The notes under the pieces are model-generated. The model searched no databases and was not told where the DNA came from. It saw only the letters and a list, made by a program, of their open reading frames with translations. A stretch of DNA of 64,000 bases from Mobula hypostoma (taxonomy: Eukaryota): NCBI RefSeq assembly GCF_963921235.1, contig NC_086108.1:35342001-35406000 (forward strand), written 5' to 3'. A program made the position numbers and the translations under genes. The number at the start of each line of letters is the position of its first letter. Position 1 is the stretch's first letter. Below are positions 22,601-35,759 of this stretch, in pieces.

Positions 22601-25600
22601 CACAGCAGGAGCAGGGCGGGTAGTGAAACGCACAGCAGGAGCAGGGCGGGTGGTGAAACGCAGGAGCAGGGCGGGTGGTGAAACGCAGGAGCAGGGCGGG
22701 TGGTGAAACGCAGGAGCAGGGCGGGTAGTGAAACGCACAGCAGGAGCAGGGCGGGTAGTGAAACGCACAGCAGGAGCAGGGCGGGTAGTGAAACGCAGGA
22801 ACAGGGCGGGTAGTGAAACGCACAGCAGGAGCAGGGCGGGTAGTGAAACGCAGGAGCAGGGCGGGTAGTGAAATGCACAGCAGGAGCAGGGCGGGTAGTG
22901 AAACGCAGGAGCAGGGCGGGTAGTGAAACGCAGGAGCAGGAGCAGGGCGGGTAGTGAAACGCAGGAGCAGGGCGGGTGGTGAAACGCAGGAGCAGGGCGG
23001 GTAGTGAAACGCACAGCAGGAGCAGGGCGGGTAGTGAAATGCAGGAGCAGGGCGGGTGGTGAAACGCAGGAGCAGGGCGGGTGGTGAAACGCAGGAGCAG
23101 AGCGGGTAGTGAAATGCAGGAGCAGGGCGGGTAGTGAAACGCAGGAGCAGGACGGTTAGTGAAATGCAGGAGCAGGGCGGGTGGTGAAATGCACAGCAGG
23201 AGCAGGGCGGGTAGTGAAATGCAGGAGCCGGGCGGGTAGTGAAACGCAGGTGCAGGGCGGGTCGTGAAATGCACAGCAGGAGCAGGGCGGGTGGTGAAAC
23301 GCAGGAGCAGGGCGGGTGGTGAAACGCACAGCTGGAGCAGGGCGGGTAGTGAAATGCAGGAGCAGGGCGGGTGGTGAAACGCAGGAGCAGGGCGGGTGGT
23401 GAAACGCAGGAGCAGAGCGGGTAGTGAAATGCAGGAGCAGGGCGGGTAGTGAAACGCAGGAGCAGGACGGTTAGTGAAATGCAGGAGCAGGGCGGGTGGT
23501 GAAATGCACAGCAGGAGCAGGGCGGGTAGTGAAATGCAGGAGCCGGGCGGGTAGTGAAACGCAGGTGCAGGGCGGGTCGTGAAATGCACAGCAGGAGCAG
23601 GGCGGGTGGTGAAACGCAGGAGCAGGGCGGGTAGTGAAACGCACAGCAGGAGCAGGGCGGGTAGTGAAACGCACAGCAGGAGCAGGGCGGGTAGTGAAAC
23701 GCACAGCAGGAGCAGGGCGGGTAGTGAAATGCACAGCAGGAGCAGGGCGGGTAGTGAAACGCACAGCAGGGGCAGGGCGGGTAGTGAAACGCACAGCAGG
23801 GGCAGGGCGGGTAGTGAAACGCACAGCAGGGGCAGGGCGGGTAGTGAAATGCACAGCAGGGGCAGGGCGGGTAGTGAAACGCACAGCAGGGGCAGGGCGG
23901 GTAGTGAAACGCACAGCAGGGGCAGGGCGGGTAGTGAAATGCACAGCAGGAGCAGGGCGGGTAGTGAAACGCACAGCAGGAGCAGGGCGGGTAGTGAAAC
24001 GCAGGAGCAGGGCGGGTGGTGAAACGCACAGCAGGAGCAGGGCGGGTACTGAAATGCACAGCAGGAGCAGGGCGGGTGGTGAAACGCACAGCAGGAGCAG
24101 GGCGGGTAGTCAAACGCACAGCAGGAGCAGGGCGGGTAGTGAAACGCACAGCAGGAGCAGGGCGGATAGTGAAATGCAGGAGCAGGAGCAGGGCGGGTGG
24201 TGAAACGCACAGCAGGAGCAGGGCGGGTAGTGAAATGCACAGCAGGAGCAGGGCGGGTGGTGAAACGCACAGCAGGAGCAGGGCGGGTGGTGAAATGCAC
24301 AGCAGGAGCAGGGCGGGTGGTGAAACGCAGGAGCAGGGCGGGTAGTGAAACGCAGGAGCAGGGCGGGTAGTGAAACGCACAGCAGGAGCAGGGCGGGTAG
24401 TGAAACGCAGGAGCAGGGCGGGTAGTGAAACGCAGGAGCAGGGCGGGTAGTGAAACGCAGGAGCAGGGCGGGTAGTGAAACGCACAGCAAGAGCAGGGCG
24501 GGTAGTGAAATGCACAGCAGGAGCACGGCGGGTGGTGAAACGCAGGAGCAGGGCGGGTAGTGAAACGCACAGCAGGAGCCGGGCGGGTAGTGAAATGGGC
24601 GGGTGGTGAAACGCAGGAGCAGGGCGGGTAGTGAAACGCAGGAGCAGGGCGGGTAGTGAAACGCAGGAGCAGGGCGGGTAGTGAAATGCACAGCAGGAGC
24701 AGGGCGGGTAGTGAAACGCAGGAGCAGGGCGGGTGGTGAAACGCACAGCAGGAGCAGGGCGGGTAGTGAAACGCACAGCAGGAGCAGGGCGGGTAGTGAA
24801 ACGCACAGCAGGAGCAGGGCGGGTAGTGAAACGCACAGCAGGAGCAGGGCGGGTAGTGAAACGCACAGCAGGAGCAGGGCGGGTAGTGAAACGCACAGCA
24901 GGAGCAGGGCGGGTAGTGAAACGCACAGCAGGAGCAGGGCGGGTAGTGAAACGCAGGAGCAGGGCGGGTAGTGAAATGCAGGAGCAGGGCGGGTGGTGAA
25001 ATGCACAGCAGGAGCAGGGCGGGTAGTGAAACGCAGGAGCAGGGCGGGTAGTGAAACGCACAGCAGGAGCAGGGCGGGTAGTGAAACGCAGGAGCAGGGC
25101 GGGTAGTGAAATGCACAGCAGGAGCAGGGCGGGTGGTGAAATGCACAGCAGGAGCAGGGCGGGTAGTGAAACGCAGGAGCAGGGCGGGTAGTGAAACGCA
25201 GGAGCAGGGCGGGCAGTGAAATGCACAGCAGGAGCAGGGCGGGTAGTGAAACGCACAGCAAGAGCAGGGCGGGTGGTGAAACGCACAGCAGGAGCAGGGC
25301 GGGTGGTGAAACGCACAGCAGGAGCAGGGCGGGTAGTGAAACGCACAGCAGGAGCAGGGCGGGTGGTGAAACGCACAGCAGGAGCAGGGCGGGTGGTGAA
25401 ACGCACAGCAGGAGCAGGGCGGGTGGTGAAACGCACAGCAGGAGCAGGGCGGGTAGTGAAACGCAGGAGCAGGGCGGGTAGTGAAACGCAGGAGCAGGAG
25501 CAGGGCGGGTAGTGAAACGCAGGAGCAGGAGCAGGGCGGGAAGTGAAACGCAGGAGCAGGGCGGGTAGTGAAATGCACAGCAGGAGCAGGGCGGGTAGTG

Positions 25601-28600
25601 AAACGCACAGCAGGAGCAGGGCGGGTAGTGAAACGCAGGAGCAGGGCGGGTAGTGAAATGCACAGCAGGAGCAGGGCGGGTAGTGAAACGCAGGAGCAGG
25701 GCGGGTAGTGAAATGCACAGCAGGAGCAGGGCGGGTAGTGAAACGCAGGAGCAGGAGCAGGGCGGGTAGTGAAACGCAGGAGCAGGGCGGGTAGTGAAAC
25801 GCAGGAGCAGGGCGGGTAGTGAAACGCACAGCAGGAGCAGGGCGGGTGGTGAAACGCAGGAGCAGGGCGGGTGGTGAAACGCACAGCAGGAGCAGGGCGG
25901 GTGGTGAAACGCACAGCAGGAGCAGGGCGGGTGGTGAAACGCCCAGCAGGAGCAGGGCGGGTAGTGAAACGCAGGAGCAGGAGCAGGGCGGGTAGTGAAA
26001 CGCAGGAGCAGGGCGGGTAGTGAAATGCACAGCAGGAGCAGGGCAGGGCGGGTGGTGAAACGCCCAGCAGGAGCAGGGCGGGTAGTGAAACGCAGGAGCA
26101 GGAGCAGGGCGGGTAGTGAAACGCAGGAGCAGGGCGGGTAGTGAAATGCCCAGCAGGAGCAGTGCGGGTAGTGAAACGCAGGAGCAGGGCGGGTAGTGAA
26201 ATAGTGAAAAGCAGGAGCAGGAGCAGGGCGGGTAGTGAAACGCTGGAGCAGGGCGGGTGGTGAAACGCAGGAGCAGGGCGGGTAGTGAAACGCACAGCAG
26301 GAGCAGGGCGGGTAGTGAAACGCACAGCAGGAGCAGGGCGGGTAGTGAAACGCACAGCAGGAGCAGGGCGGGTAGTGAAACGCACAGCAGGAGCAGGGCG
26401 GGTGGTGAAACGCACAGCAGGAGCAGGGCGGGTGGTGAAACGCACAGCAGGAGCAGGGCGGGTGGTGAAACGCACAGCAGGAGCAGGGCGGGTAGTGAAA
26501 CGCAGGAGCAGGGCGGGTAGTGAAACGCAGGAGCAGGGCGGGTAGTGAAACGCAGGAGCAGGGCGGGTAGTGAAAAGCAGGAGCAGGGCGGGTAGTGAAA
26601 TGCACAGCAGGAGCAGGGCGGGTAGTGAAACGCACAGCAGGAGCAGGGCGGGTAGTGAAACGCACAGCAGGAGCAGGGCGGGTAGTGAAACGCACAGCAG
26701 GAGCAGGGCGGGTAGTGAAACGCACAGCAGGAGCAGGGCGGGTAGTGAAACGCAGGAGCAGGGCGGGTAGTGAAACGCACAGCAGGAGCAGGGCGGGTAG
26801 TGAAATGCACAGCAGGAGCAGGGCGGGTAGTGAAAACAGCAGGAGCAGGGCGGGTAGTGAAACGCAGGAGCAGGGCGGGTGGTGAAACGCACAGCAGGAG
26901 CAGGGCGGGTAGTGAAATGGCAGGAGCAGGGCGGGTGGTGAAATGCACAGCAGGAGCAGGGCGGGTAGTGAAACAGCAGGAGCAGGGCGGGTAGTGAAAC
27001 GCACAGCAGGAGCAGGGCGGGTAGTGAAACGCAGGAGCAGGAGCAGGGCGGGTGGTGAAATGCACAGCAGGAGCAGGGCGGGTAGTGAAATGCACAGCAG
27101 GAGCAGGGCGGGTGGTGAAACGCACAGCAGGAGCAGGGCGGGTGGTGAAACGCACAGCAGGAGCAGGGCGGGTGGTGAAACGCACAGCAGGAGCAGGGCG
27201 GGTAGTGAAACGCACAGCAGGAGCAGGGCGGGTAGTGAAACGCACAGCAGGAGCAGGGCGGGTGGTGAAAAACAGCAGGAGCAGGGCGGGTAGTGAAAAG
27301 CAGTGCAGGAGCAGGGCGGGTAGTGAAAACAGCAGGAGCAGGGCGGGTAGTGAAACGCACAGCAGGAGCAGGGCGGGTAGTGAAACGCACCGCAGGAGCA
27401 GGGCGGGTGGTGAAACGCAGGAGCAGGGCGGGTAGTGAAACGCAGGAGCAGGGCGGGTGGTGAAACGCAGGAGCAGGGCGGGTGGTGAAACGCACAGCAG
27501 GAGCAGGGCGGGTAGTGAAACGCAGGAGCAGGGCGGGTAGTGAAACGCAGGAGCAGGGCGGGTAGTGAAATGCAGGGGCAGGGCGGGTGGTGAAACGCAC
27601 AGCAGGAGCAGGGCGGGTGGTGAAACGCACAGCAGGAGCAGGGCAGGTAGTGAAATGCACAGCAGGAGCAGGGCGGGTAGTGAAACGCAGGAGCAGGGCG
27701 GGTAGTGAAACGCACAGCAGGAGCAGGGCGGGTGGTGAAACGCACAGCAGGAGCAGGGCGGGTAGTGAAACGCAGGAGCAGGGCAGGTAGTGAAACGCAC
27801 AGCAGGAGCAGGGCGGGTAGTGAAACGCAGGAGCAGGGCGGGTGGTGAAACGCACAGCAGGAGCAGGGCGGGTAGTGAAATGCACAGCAGGAGCAGGGCG
27901 GGTAGTGAAACGCAGGAGCAGGGCGGGTGGTGAAACGCAGGAGCAGGGCGGGTGGTGAAACGCAGGAGCAGGGCGGGTAGTGAAACGCACAGCAGGAGCA
28001 GGGCGGGTAGTGAAACGCAGGGGCAGGGCAGGTAGTGAAATGCACAGCAGGAGCAGGGCGGGTAGTGAAACGCAGGGGCAGGGCGGGTAGTGAAACGCAC
28101 AGCAGGAGCAGGGCGGGTAGTGAAACGCAGGGGCAGGGCGGGTAGTGAAACGCACAGCAGGAGCAGGGCGGGTGGTGAAACGCACCGCAGGAGCAGGGCG
28201 GGTAGTGAAACGCACAGCAGGAGCAGGGCGGGTAGTGAAACGCAGGAGCAGCGCGGGTAGTGAAACGCAGGAGCCGGGCGGGTTGTGAAACGCACAGCAG
28301 GAGCACGGCGGGTAGTGAAACGCAGGAGCAGGGTGGGTAGTGAAACGCAGGAGCCGGGCGGGTTGTGAAACGCACAGCAAGAGCCGGGCGGGTGGTGAAA
28401 CGCAGGAGCAGGGCGGGTAGTGAAACGCACAGCAGGAGCAGGGTGGGTAGTGAAACACAGGAGCAGGGCGGGTAGTGAAACGCACAGCAGGAGCAGGGCG
28501 GGTAGTGAAACGCACCGCAGGAGCAGGGCGGGTAGTGAAACGCACCGCAGGAGCAGGGCAGGTGGTGAAACGCACAGCAGGAGCAGGGCGGGTAGTGAAA

Positions 28601-29650
28601 CGCAGGAGCAGGGCGGGTAGTGAAACGCAGGAGCAGGGCGGGTGGTGAAACGCACAGCAGGAGCAGGGCGGGTAGTGAAACGCACAGCAGGAGCAGGGCA
28701 GGTGGTGAAACGCACAGCAGGAGCAGGGCGGGTGGTGAAACGCACAGCAGGAGCAGGGCGGGTACTGAAACGCAGGAGCAGGGCGGGTAGTGAAACGCAC
28801 AGCAGGAGCAGGGCGGGTAGTGAAACGCACAGCAGGAGCAGGGTGGGTAGTGAAATACACAGCAGGAGCAGGGCGGGTGGTGAAATGCAGGAGCAGGGCG
28901 GGTGGTGAAACGCACAGCAGGAGCAGGGTGGATAGTGAAATACACAGCAGGAGCAGGGCGGGTAGTGAAACGCACAGCAGGAGCAGGGTGGGTAGTGAAA
29001 TACACAGCAGGAGCAGGGCGGGTGGTGAAATGCAGGAGCAGGGCGGGTGGTGAAACGCACCACAGGAGCCGGGCGGGTAGTGAAACGCACAGCAGTAGCA
29101 GGGTACCCCACACTGGGGACTGTTTCGATCACAGTAGGACAATGCAAGCTACAGCAGGCCTAGTGGAACTTATAGCAGGTGAAGGGCAGCCTGCTGGAAG
29201 ACAATGCATTCTGCTGGGGCTACACACCATTCTGTTGGATCTATATGACTTATTATGTTGCCTAGCTTGCTGAATACATCTGGTATGTTTTATTTTTAGC
29301 TTCTAGTATCAGTATTATTGTTATTCAATATGACTGATCATTAGGAACAACACTGCCAGTCCAAATACATACGTATTTACAACAGATCTAAAGCTGTTAC
29401 CAGCATTTAGCTTCACTGCTTAATTAGTAGGTTGCAATATTCCTAGAGTTTGCGGCTTTGCTCTTAAGGTTGGCCACACAGCTCCCACAGAGGACTGCAT
29501 TGCCTCCCCCGTAGGTTGGCTCACTTCTGCAGTAGGCACTGTATCTGTTGCATTGGTGCTGACACAGGCTGCAAAACTCCAGCTGTAATATGCATTTGGC
29601 CTGGAGTCATTGGCCGACATTACAAATGGCCACTGCTCTGAATACTCCAA
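19656..29650 (-). pseudogene. Candidate decayed Pro/Ala/Thr/Ser-rich coding exon hosting the minisatellite
   Basis: Both flanks encode related motifs in the frame of the 30-bp unit (AVRFTTRPAP): ALDCPTPSVSSIVP, GCPSPAISSTRPA, LHCPT, AVGYS/SVGYP. GTAAGT donor at 19655-19650. Several stops and one frameshift. No homolog recognised. Confidence 0.3.
20021..29103. repeat. GC-rich minisatellite of interspersed 25-bp and 30-bp units (roughly 330 units)
   Basis: 25-mer GCAGGAGCAGGGCGGGT(A/G)GTGAAA(C/T). The 30-mer adds GCACA; rarer 31-mers carry an extra GCAGGA. Confidence 0.98.
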
Positions 29651-31859
29651 ACACTTGCAAATCCATAGGGAATGTTATGCATTCAAAGTTAGCTTACTAG
29701 AAGACTGAGTAAACCTATACACATATAAAGCATCTGATTATCAAACTTGATTAACATTGTTTAATATTTATTTTTGAATTAAAATCCATTACATCTGAAT
29801 CTGCGTGTGAGCTAATGGTAATGTTGTAAATAGTATTCTGGAAATAAAACCAGAACTGCCCTGGAAAGTCTTTCCATTCTACAGAAGAAATGTGTCTTGC
29901 CAGAGGTCAGAACACCCTGTAAACTTTCTTAAAAATACTTTACATCTTTCTAGGACAAGTCCTATGAGCACCGACTGATTGATCAGTACCTCTGCCAGGA
30001 TTCCCTGAAACTCACCAATGTATTGTACAAAAACTGTAAACTGTGGACATGAGTGACATTACTGGACTATTGGTTCAGGGTCCAGAATTCAGTTCCCAAC
30101 AGAATGGTTTGGGAATTTAAATACAATGAATGAAGTAGACCGGCAGAAAGGGTCAAGTTCAATGTAACATGAGTTGAAGTGAAGGAAGTCTTCCTTTATT
30201 ATCCATTCTGATCATTCAGCTCGGTTGTGTTGATAGCCAGCTGTCAGTGGATTCCAGATTTCTACATCTGTATAACACAGTGCAGATGTGCGATTGTAGG
30301 GAACACACTGAAAGTTAGAAGATGGTGTGTCTGAGCTCCACAAAGCCCAAGGACCATTTCTGATCAAAGTTAAAAAAGGGGCTGGAGGCGCTTTGTCTCT
30401 GTCCCTCAGCCTCATGACAGGTGTTACCAGGTCATCAAGCAGCATGGCTTCTGTTTGTTTCTCTTTAGTTAATATTATTGCTTTCAATTAACTTACATTA
30501 GATGAATATTTTTAAAATATACTTACTATTTTTTACAAATATACTTGTTCTAATATGTCTCTGAATAACAGAGACATTAAAAATTGGGAGTGTAAGAAGT
30601 CCACACTGCTAGAACTGGGGTAGGGGGCTCAGTTGACAATTGTCAAGGTCTAATCATGGCTCACTTCTTGAGGTCTAACCATTTCCCTTGTCTGAGGTCA
30701 ATTCACACCCAAGACCTGTTTCATGTCGTTGGTACCATGGTGTTGAAGCCTAGTGGTTTTTGGGGTCACACTTGTAAAATGCATCTGTGAGGCTCATGAT
30801 GAATCAAGGTCATCTGGCAGGATTTGTCAGATAGACAGAAGTGCAGTTGATCTTTTAATCACCTTCTGCAAAGTCATTCTTTTGTATCAAATAGCTACAA
30901 CAGCACACGGGCTGCAGGCCGTCAGGAAAGCAACTTACCACCACATTCTCAAGGGCAATTAAGATTGAGATGAGGTAGGAAAGGTGCATTACGATGTCAC
31001 AAAATCTCATGCTTCGATTGCTGTATCTGATCCCAACACATCAGAAAAAGTCTCTCCCTTACAGATGTGCACTAGGGTGGCCGAACCTTCCTTTGTGCTC
31101 ACTGTCTCTTTCCTGCCACCTGGAAGAGTGGCCTGCAGGAGAAGATTGCAGAAGGTTGTGTCACATTGAGGCAATGCTCCATAAACATTGCAGGATGAAG
31201 CAGTAAGCTTGAGCCAGGGCAGAAAGAGTTTTGAGAGTGAGTGAGTGGCAACAGGAAGCGAGGCAGGAAGGCAATTTGAGCAGCCATTGGGTCGAATGTA
31301 AATTTCAAAGGTTCCGGATACATTCTTCTGCAGCCACTTCTTGCTTTGCTAAATTACTTGCTTTGCCATCCTTAAACACATCCACTACCTACCTAGGAGG
31401 ACAGGGTCATCTGGAGTTTGCATCTGCTCAGCAAGACCTAAAAACTTCAGGACCTTATTAGAATTTGCCTTGTTCCACAACCTAGGTCATGAAATCCATC
31501 CCGACACCATCATCACCCATCACCCCACTTTCCATCTCCTCACCGGCTTTACACCAGAAGATCATATTAGCATATACTCTCCTTCTAAAAGTCATTTAAA
31601 GACTTCCTTTAACTCTTTCTGTCCCCATTTTAAACTTACCGGTCAGTAAAGGTTTGGTTTCTCAGTCTTCATGACAAATAAGGGAAGAACAAATAAAACC
31701 AACATGGAAATTCTGTTCCGAAAAATTGAAACTATTGATTTGCTGCTTTAGAGAAGGCCTTTCAGTCCAGTGTAGCCTTCCACAAGAACAATTCCATTCA
31801 TTTCATTCCCCCTCTTCTTGTTTCCCCATGACTTGGCAATGTATCCTCTCACACACAGG

Positions 31860-32350
31860 GAGCAAATGTTTAATTTGAGATGGGAAAGGTTTAAAAGTGA
31901 ACTGAGGGGTAACATTTTCATACAGAGGGGTTTGTTTGTGTATTGCTTTCCATTGATTCAATTGCATTTCTTTGTCCTACTGTGAAGGCCTGAGGAAAAT
32001 GAATGCCAGGGTAGTACATGGTACATATTTATACTTTGATAATAAATTTACTTTGAACTTTGGAACAACTGCTGGAGGAATTTGCAGAGGTCAGCACAAT
32101 TACAATGTCTAAAAGGCATTTAGACAAGCACATAGATAGGAAAAATGAAGAGGGAACACAGAAGATTTGGGCTGAAAGACCTATTTCCATACTGTATGAA
32201 TCTCTGATTCTCCAGCATGTCTTTCAGATGTAGAAGGGAACTGTGCATCTACAGGGAAATGTACAAGTTCCAAGTTCCACAAAGACAGCACCGGAAGTCA
32301 AGATTGAACTCGGGCACTAGAGTTATGAGGCAGCTGCTCTACTGTGACAC
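31860..32350. mobile_element. Cluster of old fragments: CR1 3' end (+), nested Rex1-type tail (+), V-SINE remnant (-)
   Basis: gggaaaggtttaaaagtgaactgagggg..ttttcatacagaggg; tactttgataataaatttactttgaactt (same tail as 42826-42850); gtacaag..ccacaaagacagcacc. Confidence 0.55.
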
Positions 32351-32839
32351 CCTTTTATTATTGTTAAGGTATGACAAATAAAGTTGCTTGCCAGTCTATC
32401 CAAAACCATGATTATTTCTACACAAAATTCTTTTGCTTGAACAGTTCTCTGTTCTAATTCCTTTCTGCTCAGCACCACTGAAAATTGATCAAATGTTATG
32501 CCAACTTCGCTGATGCTCACTATTGATGTTCAGGACAACATATTAGTTTCCAATAACTTCTCTTTACCCTCTTGATATTTACATCGGGTCTCTTTCTCCT
32601 GGAGAAAACCAAGAAACAATGAGTGAAATGCAAACTATTGGAAATCTGAAATCAAAACGGAAAACAGTGCAAATACCCAGCAGATCAGATAGAATTCGTG
32701 AAGAGTGAAAGGAAGAAGGTTATAAAGAAAATGGAAGAGAGCAGGAAAAGTAAATCTGTGGAAGGAAATGGACAGTTTCTCATCTACACAAGCTATGAGT
32801 TTTTGTAGTGGTGGTGAAAAAGTGTCATGAATAAAGGAC

Positions 32840-34090
32840 TGTCTACTCAACAAACAGGCAAGTAAGAATAAACGGGTCATTTTCAGTTTGGCAGTCATTA
32901 GCTAGTCAGGTACCACAGGGGTCAGTGCTGAGCCTTTGACCACTTAGAGTCTGTAATGATGACTTGGATGAAGAAATCAAGTGTACAATAAGCAGTTGTG
33001 CTGATGACAGATGGTTCTCGAATAGTGAGGAGAGTACATAGAGCCTGGAAAGATGAAGTAGAATGGCTAAGAGAAGGGAAAGAATCTGACAGGTGGATTA
33101 TAATGTGAGAAATTTGATAACTGATTCGTTCATTACAGGTACAGTGGAAAAACTTTGTCCTGCATGCCATCCTTACAATTCATTTCAAAACATAGCTACA
33201 TCAAAGTAGTGCAAGGGGAAAGCAATAACAGATTGCAGAATGTATTACAATTACAGAGAAATCAGAGCTGCTGAAGGAGAGACAGAATAACCAAAAGATC
33301 CACCCACTAACCACAGCCACCACTTACACTACACCACAATGTATGGATCCCGGGTTGGTGTCCACAGCCACTTGAAGACCCACCAACAGACAACCCCTTA
33401 GAAGAACATTATAGTTGACTCAATAATTGTAGTACTACTAACACAGAGAAAGTGCAGTTCATGTGGAGAGTAAAGTACAAGGGCCATGACCAGGTAAATT
33501 ATGAGGTCAAGAGTTCATCATTATTGTACAAGTCCATTCAATAGCTATACACTTCGGAAGAATGATAAAGCAAATTATTAGTTATATGCATGGAGATGAC
33601 AAAATGTTTTGGTACAACGGAATTCGGTGGTCTTCATGAATGAAGCAGAAAGGGTTGGCATTACGCTACAACAAGAAGTTTGGAAGACTAATAGAATGAT
33701 GCTTGGATTGCAAGAGAGGTGCACAGTAGTATAAAATTAGGGAAGTTTTGATGACGCAGATGAGGCTGCATCTAGAGGACTGTGTGTTGTTTTCCACGTG
33801 TAGGAAAGGAAATATTTCCACTGTAGTCAGTGCAAGAAGGTTGCCTCTTGGGACGAAGGTGTTGATGTATTAAGAGAAGTTGAGTAAGCCAGACGTATGC
33901 TCTTTGTTCATTGGAAGTTAGAACAGTGAGAGATGCTTTTGTTGAAATGTGTTAGAGAATTAAGGATTCTGGGTATAGAGTGGGAATGTAATGTCGAGGG
34001 TAAGATTGGACAAGCCTTGATCTTATGCAATGGTGGAGTAACCTCAAAGGGTCAATTAATCTCATTCTGCTCCTCCCTTTTAGGTTCTCG
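32840..34090 (+). mobile_element. Highly decayed CR1 RT/3' region interrupted by other LINE tails (~33110-33545)
   Basis: ggtaccacaggggtcagtgctgagcct (GVPQGSVL-like), gctgatgacaga (ADD) and CR1-like tail at 33960-34090. Confidence 0.55.
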
Positions 34091-34454
34091 TGCTCCAAAA
34101 TGATAAAACTTAATGTTTTGGGTTGATAATCTTTCCTCAGTACTGGTGAATTTTGGTGGACAGAAATCCTTGAAATTATAGTTGATAGTTGTAAGGTGCC
34201 TTGTTGGAAGATGAGGTTCTATCCCCTAAGCTAGTTACTAGATTTGTTGGAACAGTGCAAGAGGCCATTGTCATTGTCATTGTCAGAGTGAAATGACTTA
34301 AATTAAATTAAATCTGAGGGCTACTATCACAAACTGAAACAATAGGTCCTGCAGCCAACTGGCATTTTGTTTCTCCAATGTGTAAGAGACCCCACTGTGG
34401 GTAGCAAATGCAATACATTTAACTGGATGTGAACAGCTGCTTTGGAACTCAAAT

Positions 34455-34660
34455 AAAACCATAGATGCTGGAGTCTAAAAAAAAATCAGAAATATTGGAA
34501 TAGTCAACCAATGAGGCAGCATCTGTGGAAAGATGTGCCATTTCATGTATCGGGTCAGTGATCTGAGAAAGGATTCTGAGGACGGTTAATTCACCCAAAA
34601 TGTTGACCGGTTTCTCTGTTAACAGAAGCTAATGGACCTGGCAGCTTTTGTACCATTGGA
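34455..34660. mobile_element. Old inverted Penelope pLTR-like pair
   Basis: agatgctggagtct..ggcagcatctgtggaaaga (minus copy) and cccaaaatgttgac..tttctc (plus copy). Confidence 0.45.
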
Positions 34661-35759
34661 ATTTTTGAATTGCTGCTTCATCTGTAATGACTGATTGGAT
34701 CCCTGGATTTTGTTAGGGAAGCGGGGTTGCAGTTCTTGTGGATGTATGAGGAAATTCCATGAAAAAGACACCGAGTACTGGGGAAATGGAAGAGGAAACA
34801 CAGAATACACTAAATGTTTTGAAAAGACAGATCATGTGGCTCAATTGCTCCCCCTGCTGGTGTTTGTGCTCCACTTCACCTTGCTCCCTCAACCAACTCT
34901 CAATCTTGGCATTTTCCTTCATGCACAGAGTTAATTGTTGATATATGAATGTTTTAGCAAAGAGGGTGGTTGTTAGAAGGCTGAAATATGGACAGAACTG
35001 TCAGTAGTTTGGAAATCTAAAGAGAACAAATCTCCCATTTAGGTCCCAGTGTTACTTACTTTTCCAAATCAATTTGAGCTAAGCTGATTCCACGCACAAG
35101 GAAGCTGGACAGCTACAACAACACTCAAAATGCTCATCCATTCAAAGACAAAGCAGTCTATCTGACGGTCATTCCATTTATGATCCTGAACTTTCTCTCT
35201 GTCAGCCAGCACTAATTGCAGCAACTTGCCAAGCCAACATAAACGCATATCCCAAGTCCGCAAACATTAGCACCTAGAATCTCTAAGGGTTGCAGGCAAA
35301 TAGGAAACACCACAAGCTGCACTTTCCTCTTCAAGTCACAAACTATCCTAAGCTGGAGCCACATGGTTGTGCCTTTGTGGTTACTGGGTCAAATATCTGA
35401 AACTGCTGATACACTGGTACAGTGGAAGTGTCTTTACCAGGTAGAAAGTAGTGGCTTCCTCAAAAACAACTTGGGATGGGCAATAACTGCTGACATTGCC
35501 AGGAATTGTCACATCGGAAATCTCAGGAGCATTGCAGTTCAGACTTTGAGCTGACTGACTTCCATTGAGAATTCACAAATAGATTGATGTCTTTTAAGGA
35601 TTCCCCATTTCTGATCTCCACCCAGTCTTCATTCTGGGAAATGCCTGAATGGCAGTGTGGAACTGGTTTTGATTCTGATATCACAGTTCTCCCTGTTCCC
35701 ACGGAAATTCAGCAGACCGTCCAGACTCTTCTTAAAGAAGAGAAACAATTCGGTTCCTA

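Noticed and set aside
19792..29147. 3116-aa, 3049-aa, 1667-aa and 1018-aa minus-strand ORFs as real giant proteins
   Set aside because: The C-rich strand of the unit has no stop in any frame. The 25-bp units cycle through all three frames, so each ORF is a mosaic of the same three peptides. No constraint on frame is visible.
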